Assembly: GCF_036971445.1 (NCBI RefSeq)
Contig: NC_091471.1
Location: forward strand, 109,864,001-109,928,000
Direction of reading: 5' to 3'
Origin: Narcine bancroftii
Lineage: Eukaryota
DNA: 64,000 nt
Shown here piece after piece: positions 11,320 through 22,016 of this stretch (position 1 is the stretch's first letter; each line of letters opens with the position of its first letter). Below the pieces are notes generated by a model that had not been told where the DNA came from, did not search any database, and worked only from the letters and a program-made list of their open reading frames with translations. A program made the translations under genes and the position numbers.

Positions 11320-14300
11320 ATAGAACCATTGAACAATTACAGCACAGAAACAGGCTATGTTGACCCCTCTAGTCCATGCTGAACCATCTCTTTTCCTAGT
11401 CCCACTGGTCTGCACCAAGCCCATAGCCCTCCATACCTCTCCCATCAATGTAGCTGTCCAAAATTTTTTTAAATGTTAAAATTGAGCCAACATTTACCAC
11501 TTAAAATGGAAGCTCGTTCCACACTCCCACTATTCCCACTAAGAAGTTCCCCCTCATGTTCCCCCTAAATCTTTCCCCATTCACCTTAAACCCATGTCCT
11601 TTGGCTTGTATCTCACCTACCCACAGTGGAAAAAGCCTTTCTACATTTACTCTGTCTATCCCCTTCATAATCTTAAATACCTCTATCAAATATCCTTTCA
11701 TTTTTCTATAGTCCAGGGAATAAAGACCTAACCTGTTTAACCTTTCCCTGTAACTCAGTTCCTGAAGTGTGGGCAACATCCTAGTAAATTCTCTCTGCAC
11801 TCTTTACATCTTATTGATATCTTTCCTGTAGTTAGGTGACCAAAACTGCACACAGTATTCCAAATTTGGCCTCACCAATGTGTTACACATCTTCAACATA
11901 ACAATCTCAACTCCTATACTTAATACTTTGATTTATGAAGGCCAATATGCCAAAAGCTCACTTTACAACCCTATCCACCTGTGATGCCACTTCCAGGGAA
12001 TTATGTATATGTATTCCCAGATCCTTCTGATTGACCACACTCCTCAGTGCCCTAACATTTACTGTGTATGTCCTTTCTTGGTTTGTCCTTCCAAAACGCA
12101 ACACCTCACACTTGTCTGCATTAAATTCCATCTGTCACTTTACAGCTCATTTTTCCAGCTGGACCAGATCCGGCTGCAAGGTTTGAAAACCTTCTTCACT
12201 GTCCACAACACTTCAATCTTAATGTTATTTGCAAACTTGCTGATCCAATTTACCACATTCTCATCCAGATCATTGATATAGATGACAAACAACAATGGTC
12301 CCAGTACCAATATCTGAGGCACATCATTGGTCACAGGCCTCCAATATGAGAAGCAATCTTCTCCCGACCAGCCATTGACAAATCCAGTTCATTATTTTAC
12401 CATGAATACTTAGCGTCTGAACCTCCGTGACTAACCTCCCATGTCAAAATCCTTTCTAAATTCCAATCGACAAGATCCACAGCATTTTCTTCGTCAACTT
12501 TCCTGGTAACTTGCTCGAAAAAAGATTGGTTAAACTCGAGCTACCACACACAAAGCCATGTTGACTATCCCTAATTAATCCTTGGCCAAGGTCAACGCCA
12601 AGGGGGGGCATTCATTGTCACTGCTCTCCCTCAAATGAGATATTGTGGAACCCCCCCCCCCCATGCTGGTGGCATTGCCCACCCCCCCCAAATGAGGTAT
12701 TGTAACCTGCAGCCTAACATTACTAGTGTCTAGTGTCACAGCTGGATTAATAGCCATCTTTTTTACCCATAATCCACAAAAAAGTTCCCCTAATGCATAC
12801 TTCTGTCACCTGTCCTGTCTCATTCCCTAATAGGAGATCCAGTATTGCAATCTATATTGATTTAGAAAACTTTTCTGAACACATTTACAAACTCTGTGCC
12901 ATCCAGCCCTTTTACAGTGTGGGAATCCCAGTCAATATGTGGAAAGTTAAAATCTCCTACTATCATAATTTTATGTTTTTTGCAGCTGTCTGCTATATCC
13001 CTTCAGATTTGCTTCTTAAATTCTTACAGATTATGGGTGGTCTACAATACAACCCCATGAGTGTTGTCATATTTTTCTGTTCTTCAGCTCCACTCATATA
13101 GCCTCAATAGAAGAGCCCTCTGGTCTGTCCTGCCTGAGCACATCTGTGATATTTTCCCTGACAAGTAATGACACTCCTCCACCTTTCATCCCCCCATTCT
13201 ATCACATCTAAAGCAACATTAGCCTGGAACATTGAGCTGCCAGTCCTTCCCCTCCTGCAATCAAGTTTCACTGATGGCCATAATGTCATAATTCCACTTG
13301 CCAATTAAAACTCTAAGTTCATCTGCTTTTCCTACAATACTCCTTGCATTGAAATTGATGCATCTGAGAACATTTCCACCACGTTCAACCTGTTAACTTC
13401 TAATGATGCATACAATTTAAATATCATCTTTTCCCTCCTCCATTCCTCTATTTGCTCTGGCCCTCTGGTTCCCCTCCCCCTGCAAATCTAGTTTAAACTC
13501 ACCAGAGCAGCACTGGCAAACCTCCCCACAAGGATATTACTCCCCCTCCAGTTGAGATGCCACCCATCCCGTCAGAAAATGTTCCACCTTCCCTGGAAGA
13601 GAGCCCAATCATCTAGAAACCTGAAGCCCTCCCTCCTACACCATGTCTTCAGCCATGTGCTAAGCTGCATTATCCTCCTATTTCTAACCTCACCAGCTTA
13701 TGGCACAGGTAGCAATCCTGAGATCAATACTCTGGAAGTCCTGTTCTTCAACCTAGCACCTAACTCTATAAACTCTCCTTGCAGGACCTTCTCACCCTTT
13801 CTACCAACATTGATTCCTACACGGACCACAACATTTGGCTGCTCACCAACCTTCCTGAGAATGCCATGAACTTGATCTGAGATATCTTGGACCCTGGAAC
13901 CAGGGAGGCAACATACCATCCAGAATAATCGATCTCCTCCACAGAACCTCTTATATGTCTCCCTAACTATGGAATTCCCTATCACTAAAGCTCGCCTCTT
14001 CTCCTCCCTTCCCTTCTTAGCCACAAGTCCAGGTTCCGTGGCAGAGTTCTGATTGCTGTGACTAATGCCAGGTAGAGTCATTCCCCTCAACAGTATCCAA
14101 AATGGTATACTTGTTATTCAAGGAACACCCTGCACTGCCTTCCCTTGGGAAATTCATCCCTGACTCCTTAATGGTTCCCTTTCCCTCTCCTGTCTGTTAC
14201 CCATCTACCCTGCTCCCTCCTCCAAGGTGTGATAGTGTCCCTGTAACTCCTGTCATTCACACCCTCTGCCTCCCGAATGATTCAGAGTTCATCCAACTCC

Positions 14301-14440
14301 AGCTCCAATTCCTTAACTCGTTTTGTCAGGAGCTGCAGCTGGATGGACTTCTCACAGATGAAGTCATCAGGAAAACTGCTGGTTTCCCTGACAACCCACA
14401 TCCTGCAAGAGGATCATTCCCCTGTCTTGGCTGCCATATC
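11320..14440 (-). mobile_element. Long decayed CR1 LINE: ORF1 with SGNH esterase domain, endonuclease, RT, 3' tail; internal deletion with filler at ~12580-12780
   Basis: ORF1 RALVIGNSIVR...VCCLPGSRVQDI...VVVRVGIN (13698-14090); RT VPQILVLGPLLFVIYINDL; C-terminal ELSYRERLNRLGLYSL. Confidence 0.9.
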
Positions 14441-14441
14441 A

Positions 14442-14444
<3 letters not shown>

Positions 14445-14494
<50 letters not shown>
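14445..14494. repeat. (CT)n microsatellite
   Basis: About 24 perfect CT units. Confidence 0.95.
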
Positions 14495-14498
<4 letters not shown>

Positions 14499-14899
14499 CT
14501 CTCTGCTCTAATATGGTGGTAATGTGGCTCCTGGGGGAGGAAAAACACCAAAGAAAGAACCTGTTGCCAATTTCAGGAAAAACTTTGGGAAATTCTTCCC
14601 CGACTCCATAATGGCAATCAAGCAGAGGTCCAGGAGATCACTGAAATTTGTGATACATTACCGGTAAGACTTATTCTAATAGTTAAAAGATCAAAAAATT
14701 TGAGCTTCCTTTCTCCTCTATTCCCATTAGACCTCGCCATGTTCGTCCTATGAGTTTCTGGATAAAAATATTTTCTTTTACCAGATACAATTTTAAAATG
14801 GTCTGATATTGGATACAGAATGTTCAACTGTGGCATTGGTTTTAAGGAGAAGGTAAATGGTGATAAAGACAGGGATACGATTTTGTGCACATAATTGTG

Positions 14900-15148
14900 G
14901 ATACACAATTACAGGTCTTCCAGACCACGAGCCTTTTCTTCACCCCCCCCCCCACCCCTGCCCCAATACACCAATTAACCTCCAATTATCATATGTTTTT
15001 GGAAAGTGGGAGGAAGCCGGAGCACCTGGAGGAAATCCATGCGGACACTGGGAGGTTGTACAAAGTCCTTACAGATGGTGCCAGATTCGAACACGGGTTG
15101 CTAGCTCTGTAAAACCATTGCATTAACCTCTATGCTTACCATGCCACC
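14900..15148 (-). mobile_element. tRNA-derived SINE, same family as 860-1096
   Basis: gtacaaagtccttacaga core, attcgaacac B-box on -, ccatgccacc start. Confidence 0.7.
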
Positions 15149-15460
15149 AAATAATGATTCAATGATGAGGTGGTGATGCAAAGGCTAATTTACCAATACT
15201 AGAAGATGGCCTTGCACTCCATAGGATTGAGTTCAAATTACATCATAAATGCCATGAAGTATACATTTAAACAATAACCTGAATTTAAAAAAAGAGTCAA
15301 ACAACCCATCTGGGTTATTAATGCCTTCAGTGAAGGAGACCAGCTACCTTTCCCTGGTCTGGCCTGAATATAAATGCAGACTTTCTGGACAATGGTTGAT
15401 TCAGGAGTGTATTTGAATCATTCCCACCATGTTGAAACAGAGAATGAAACTGGATGAAAT

Positions 15461-16091
15461 ATCCTGGCTGCTGGGCCCGAAAACTCAGGAAGTATCTGGC
15501 GTAGACCCCATTCATTGCAGGGTTGTATATGGCCTCTAGGATAGCCATTGCTCCTGGGTACTCTGTACAGTCTTGGAAGGCCTGGAAGGCACGGCAACCC
15601 AACTTTGTGCGGATCTCTACAAGTTTCTTCTGATCCATGTATACCACATCAGAGTGTGCCTGGATGACTGCCTCGACCGTGTGCCCCCAGATTTCAAAGT
15701 GTGCTTGGGCTTCCGGGTGGCGAGGTTTGATCTCTAGGCTCCCGATGGTTAGTAGCTTTTCCATAGCAGGTCTAAATTTTTAACTGAATAAATTGTGATA
15801 CGCTGCTGCAGCAGTAAGCAGACACAAAACTCAAGAAAGACTGTACAACAGGATTTATTCAGCTAAAAGTCTCTGCTACAATGGTAGCTGTACTGGTGGC
15901 TCCCGAGTGACTGGCTCGGGAGGGGCCGGCTCAGGATTATATCTCGGACAGTTGATTGACAGCTGGCTAGGTGGAGTTAGGTCTATTCAGGTCGGCTGAT
16001 TGACAGCCAGCCAGGTGTGGTCTGTCCTCCAGTTATTTTCCTGCAGGTACAGAGATTGCCCTCTGCAGTAGGCTAGTGGTGTATTACCACA
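15461..16091 (-). mobile_element. Gypsy LTR retrotransposon 5' fragment: LTR 16091-15794 plus gag N-terminus (ATG 15764)
   Basis: 298-bp TG...CA LTR with TATA-like and AATAAA motifs; gag MEKLLT..AHFEIW..YARYFLSFRAQQPG is homologous to the gag at 22279 (LASRKQQPGES). Confidence 0.85.
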
Positions 16092-16224
16092 CTGCCCATG
16101 ATAGAAGTGATCACTGCAAAATGGAGACAAAGTCCCTTCTTTACAGAGTACTTCTTTCGTCTTCTGTGTCACTGATGTGTTGAGTGCAATAGATGTGGGG
16201 CAAAACTGGCAGCTCAAAAATGAG

Positions 16225-17240
16225 CATCCATGAGGCAATGTGGAGCAACTCATACATTTTACGTGTTTTGAGGAGGTGGCAAAAATGATTGATGAGGGTT
16301 GGGCTGTGGATGTTGCTGACATGGACTTTGGTAAAGCATTTGACAAGGTCCCTCACGGCAAATGGGTCCAGAAGGTTAAATCAGATGCGATCCACAGCAA
16401 GTTGGTATGTTGGATACAAAATTGGCTTGGCTGTAGAAGCAAAGGGTAATAACTGGAGTTCTGTGATCAGTGATGTTTTGTTTGTTTATAATATATGATT
16501 TGGATGGAAATAAGGCTAGTCTTATTCATAAATTTGCAGATGATACAACATGTGGTGGTGTTCTAGTGAGGAAGGTTGTCAGAGGATACAGCAGGATATA
16601 AATCAGTTGGAAATGTGGGCAGAGAAATGTAGAGTTTAATTTGGACAAGTGGGAGATGATTCACTTTGGGAGGAAAATAGATAGTAAATGACAGGACCTT
16701 GAGGAGCATTGATGTACAGAGGGATCTTGAGCCACAAGCCCTTAATTCCCTGAAAGTGGAAACATAATAGTAAAGTAGTTGAAGTCATGCTTGCCTTCAT
16801 CTGTCGGGGCATTGAGGATAGATGTCAGAAAGTAATGTTGCAGCTCTGTAAAATGTTATAGACTACATTTAATCTTTTCAGCTCCTTTGATGGATGAGAA
16901 CTAATAAAGTAATGGGAACATTGTGTGCAATTCTTGTCGCCACACTATAGGAAGGATGTGGAGACTTTGAGAGCCCTAGACAAGAGAATATTAGCTATGA
17001 GCAGAGATTGGACAAACATAAATTGTTTTATCTGGAATGTCAGAGTCTGAGAGGAAACCTGATAAAAGTTTGTAAAACTCTGAGAGGCATGGAAAGGTTA
17101 AAGGGTAAGACCTTTTTTTCCCCAGGGTGGGAATGTCAAATACTAGAGGGCATGAGAGGAAGGAAAGTTTAAGGAAAATGTGAGAGATACATTTTTTTTT
17201 GTATACACAAAGAGTGGCAGTTGCTTGTAATGTGCCAGAG
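16225..17240 (+). mobile_element. Degenerate CR1 RT and 3' fragment
   Basis: AVDVADMDFGKAFDKVPHG, FADDT; frameshifted downstream. Confidence 0.8.
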
Positions 17241-17689
17241 GTAGCATGGAGTCATACAGCATGGAAACAAGCCACATACTCAGCTTGTCCAATCCAAAAA
17301 TAAGCCCTCCTGCTTTCAGCCCACTTGCCCGCATTAAGCTCGTATCCTTCCAGGCCCCTTTTACCTCAGTAATTATCAATGTGTCTCTCAAAGGAACCTA
17401 ACATACCTGCCTCTACTTCATCTGGCAACTAGTTCCATATCCCCACAACCCTCTGAGTGAGAACTCTTACATCCCTTCAAAATCCTAATCCTGTTCATTT
17501 TATAGTTATGGTCTCTGAACATATTTTCCTACTCTAGGAAACAGACTGTCACAATTGACCTTATCTATGCCCCTTATAATTTTATAGATCTCTATAAGAT
17601 CTCCTCTCAGCCTCTAAGGAGAATAATCAGATGCAATGACATGCATTTAGAAAGGCAAATTATAGGACAGATCAATAGGCAGGGAATAC

Positions 17690-18105
17690 AAAACTGTTTG
17701 GTAATTACCTGGAAATATTAGTCTGAATTCAGAGATGGCATATGGAGTTGAGGTCTTGTATTCCATTAGAAAAGATACATAATTTACGTGATAATTATCT
17801 TTTTATCGTAAAACTTGGAGCCTGTATTTGGATTATATGGGGTTGAATTATTAAATCTCCTCGCCGCACAGTAGTGGTGTTACTCCAAACCATGGTAATT
17901 AACTCATGAATTTTAATGTTATGTGATCTCCTTTCTTTTTCCTTCTTTTTTTCTTTTGGGGTAGGTTAGAAGGGGGTGGGTTGGGGTGAGTGGGTTAGGG
18001 AAAGGGGGTGGGGGGTTGCTATTAAAATATCATGTATGAAGTTTTATTCATTAATTGTATGTTTTAACATATACATCATAATTCAATAAATAAAATTTAA
18101 AAGAA
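17690..18105 (+). mobile_element. L1-clade 3' fragment
   Basis: ORF2 end (ccattagaaaagatacat...tggagcctgtat), G-rich 3' UTR, AATAAA and A-rich tail. Confidence 0.65.
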
Positions 18106-18189
18106 AACAGACAGGCAATATAGAGGAATAATGCACATGTGCAAGCAGATGAAATTTATTACAGAGCTGTGAATGTGGCTCAGGTACAT

Positions 18190-18560
18190 GTACCAACCCC
18201 CCATCTCTTCCATTGACTCCATCTATATCTCCCATTGTCTTGAAAAAATAACCAACACATTGAAAGATCCATCCCATCCCGGCCGCAGACTCTTCACCCC
18301 TCTCCCATCAGCAAGAAGATTCATATGTGTGAGATCGCGTGCCACCAGATTCAAGAAATGTTCTTTCCCACCATTATCAGACTCCTGAGTGAACTCCAAA
18401 ATAGTAAAATTATGCTGCCTTTGTTCCATAGTGACTGACCTCTTCGTTTTACTCTATTTTACTTGTATTTTTTTTTGAGATATCTACTGGTTTGCTTGCA
18501 AAACAAAGTCTATAACTGCATTTTGGTCTGTGAGACAATAAACTTGAAACTTGAACTTAA
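18190..18560 (+). mobile_element. Rex1/Babar-like LINE 3' fragment
   Basis: SIDSIYISHCLEKITNTLKDPSHPG..LFTPLPS.RRF..RATRFKKCSFP peptide; (cttgaa)n tail; a similar minus-strand piece lies at ~55605-55935. Confidence 0.6.
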
Positions 18561-18689
18561 ACTCAACCATATGCACCACAGACTTGATGTGTTGAATGGC
18601 CTGTTTCTGTGCAGTACTGTTCATTCTTCAATCACCAGGACAAATGCACAGTGTGATAAGCTGTCATTTCTTGCCCTGACACTTCCTTC

Positions 18690-19371
18690 TGTTACAAGCC
18701 CAGAGGACCCATAAACCCAGCAGCAATAGATGTTCACCAAGACAAATGGTCACTTAAACAAAAGTGGCTTTTAATTATCTTTAAACATGAAAATAGAATC
18801 AAACTTTAACGTATCACTATTGAATTACTTAACCCCCTTCTAATTCTAAGCATACATATATGTAATGTGTTTGTAAGTTCAGAAAAATTCTTTGGTTCAC
18901 AGTTCAATCTCACTTCTCATTACTCCAAGTTCACTGGCTGCAGGCAATTCTTATACTGTGCACAGAATTTAACATTTATAAAGTTCACCAGACTTTGGTG
19001 TTTGATAGGTAAATGGTTACCCCTCAGAAAAGTTCTTGTCAGTTTAGAGAGAGATTTGTTGTTCCAGGACATCCACAACTGATTCCTTTTTAATCAGCCA
19101 CTCCAGTGTCTTGCTGACGAAGCTTGCCCCCTTTAGGGTTCTCCAAATGATAACCTCTTCATTTCTGGTCACCACAGATGTCTTTTTGTTTCTCTTATTC
19201 CAAGTGAAACATTAGACAGCCAGTCCTCTCCTCTTGCATGAACCACAAGGGCTTTGACCAGGCTGAACAAAGCACTTAGAAACCAGTCTTCCTAAATGGG
19301 GCTTTCCACAAACTTGCTGGCTTGTCCAGTTCCAGTTCCAGCTGTGGTTACTGACTATAACACTGTAGAAG

Positions 19372-19409
<38 letters not shown>

Positions 19410-19723
19410 AGAGAGTAAGCCTGACTGACTCTCTCTGCTTGCAAAACAACATGACCCTTTTAGAATAGCAAGTTCTCTTCAAGACAGAAGGTGGCTCCAA
19501 CAAGATCTTTCATCTGTTGCTTTTTTGTAAACAACAATCTACTAGTGAAGTCTCTTGGGCACTCTCCAAAGCTCTTGCAAAGACTGTTGGCCCCAACATG
19601 TCTAGCATGGGGCAGAGCTCCAGTATTTTAAATAAGATCTGTTTTAAAGTGTTTATATGTGATCTACTCTAACAAACCTTTCCCAATTTATCTCCAAAAA
19701 ACATATCTATATATTCTGTCACA
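18690..19723 (-). mobile_element. Solo LTR (~1.03 kb), same family as 51611-52627
   Basis: TGTTAC...GTCACA termini, 4-bp TSD CTTC at 18686-18689 and 19724-19727, no internal ORF, second dispersed copy; orientation inferred from minus-strand ATTAAA near the left end. Confidence 0.85.
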
Positions 19724-19854
19724 CTTCATTCTCTCATTTCCTTAAAGTTGGAGATCCAACCTTGCTCAATGAAGAGTATAGAAAGCAATACTGGGAACAG
19801 CAACAAGCACAGTGGAAAAATGGTAATAAATTTGTAGAGTTGCATTGCAGAATC

Positions 19855-21346
19855 TTTTTTTTTTCTTTGGCTTGGCTTCGCGGACGAAGATTTATGGAGG
19901 GGGTAAAAAGTCCACGTCAGCTGCAGGCTCGTTTGTGGCTGACCAGTCCGATGCGGGACAGGCAGACACGATTGCAGCGGTTGCAAGGGAAAATTGGTTG
20001 GTTGGGGTTGGGTGTTGGGTTTTTCCTCCTTTGCCTTTTGTCAGTGAGGTGGGCTCTGCGGTCTTCCTCAAAGGAGGCTGCTGCCCGCCAAACTGTGAGG
20101 CGCCAAGATGCACGGTTTGAGGCGTTATCAGCCCACTGGCGGTGGTCAATGTGGCAGGCACCAAGAGATTTCTTTAGGCAGTCCTTGTACCTTTTCTTTG
20201 GTGCACCTCTGTCACGGTGGCCAGTGGAGAGCTCGCCATATAATACGATCTTGGGAAGGCGATGGTCCTCCATTCTGGAGACGTGACCCATCCAGCGCAG
20301 CTGGATCTTCAGCAGCGTGGACTCGATGCTGTCGACCTCTGCCATCTCGAGTACCTCGACGTTAGGGGTGTGAGCGCTCCAATGGATGTTGAGGATGGAG
20401 CGGAGACAACGCTGGTGGAAGCGTTCTAGGAGCCGTAGGTGGTGCCGGTAGAGGACCCATGATTCGGAGCCGAACAGGAGTGTGGGTATGACAACGGCTC
20501 TGTATACGCTTATCTTTGTGAGGTTTTTCAGTTGGTTGTTTTTCCATACTCTTTTGTGTAGTCTTCCAAAGGCGCTATTTGCCTTGGCGAGTCTGTTGTC
20601 TATCTCATTGTCGATCCTTGCATCTGATGAAATGGTGCAGCCGAGATAGGTAAACTGGTTGACCGTTTTGAGTTTTGTGTGCCCGATGGAGATGTGGGGG
20701 GGCTGGTAGTCATGGTGGGGAGCTGGCTGATGGAGGACCTCAGTTTTCTTCAGGCTGACTTCCAGGCCAAACATTTTGGCAGTTTCCGCAAAGCAGGACG
20801 TCAAGCGCTGAAGAGCTGGCTCTGAATGGGCAACTAAAGCGGCATCATCTGCAAAGAGTAGTTCACGGACAAGTTTCTCTTGTGTCTTGGTGTGAGCTTG
20901 CAGGCGCCTCAGATTGAAGAGACTGCCATCCGTGCGGTACCGGATGTAAACAGCGTCTTCATTGTTGGGGTCTTTCATGGCTTGGTTCAGCATCATGCTG
21001 AAGAAGATTGAAAAGAGGGTTGGTGCGAGAACACAGCCTTGCTTCACGCCATTGTTAATGGAGAAGGGTTCAGAGAGCTCATTGCTGTATCTGACCCGAC
21101 CTTGTTGGTTTTCGTGCAGTTGGATAATCATGTTGAGGAACTTTGGGGGACATCCGATGCGCTCTAGTATTTGCCAAAGCCCTTTCCTGCTCACGGTGTC
21201 GAAGGCTTTGGTGAGGTCAACAAAGGTGATGTAGAGTCCTTTGTTTTGTTCTCTACACTTTTCTTGGAGCTGTCTGAGGGCAAAGACCATGTCAGTGGTT
21301 CCTCTGTTAGCGCGAAAGCCGCACTGTGATTCTGGGAGAATATTCT
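19855..21346 (-). mobile_element. Young 5'-truncated RTE (BovB-like) LINE with uninterrupted RT ORF (21290-19917, 457 aa)
   Basis: FVDLTKAFDTV, GVKQGCVLAPTLF, LLFADD, C-terminal CNRCNRVCLSRIGLVSHKRAC; short 3' UTR with A-rich tail; TSD CAGAATC at 19848-19854 and 21347-21353. Confidence 0.95.
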
Positions 21347-21479
21347 CAGAATCAGATGTGTGCTAAACAACAAAAATGGTTCCTGATGAGCAAAATAAAA
21401 CTATTTCATAACCGGTAGACAGGTCAAAGCTCTGCAGTCTTGTCATATCGCACCATGAAAAACGGTGGTCAATTAAACG

Positions 21480-22011
21480 CCAAGAATAACTCTCACCTCA
21501 GTGATGCTGGGCACCAGCATATTGATGTAAAAGAAACAACTTAAGCATTGACAGTCAACTTCAGCCCAAAAATGCTAAGTGAATTATCCATTGGCACTTC
21601 TCCTTGAGATCCTCCCCCACCCCCCATGGAAGACGGGTCCTGAAGACCTGTACTCAAGAAAAAGCCCTGCTTGCAGCTCAGCTACTATACTACAGTGACA
21701 ACACTGGCATCTACTCAACAATGAGGATAATTGTTAAGATATGATCTGCTCATAAAAAGACAAAGTCAATCCAACCAATTATCATTTAGTCCATTTTCAA
21801 TTATCAGTAAAGTGATGGAAGGTGCAATTGGCCATTGCTATGAAATGCATTTAGTTAACAATAACCTAATTATTGATGTCCAACTTGGTTTTTGCTACCC
21901 TCTCCATTCAAGACTTCATTACAACCTTGGTCTAAATATGGGCTAAAGAGCAGAATTCCAGAGGTGAGTTGGTTTGACATCAAGGCTGCATTTGGCTGGA
22001 TGTGGCATTGT
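21480..22011 (+). mobile_element. Old degenerate CR1/L2-group LINE RT fragment, continuing at ~26470-26760 and ~28485-28720 past later insertions
   Basis: Remnant motifs (aattatc..SIISKVMEG.., DIKAAF..VWH; later IFSCFFNDLP). Confidence 0.5.
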
Positions 22012-22016
22012 GGATC

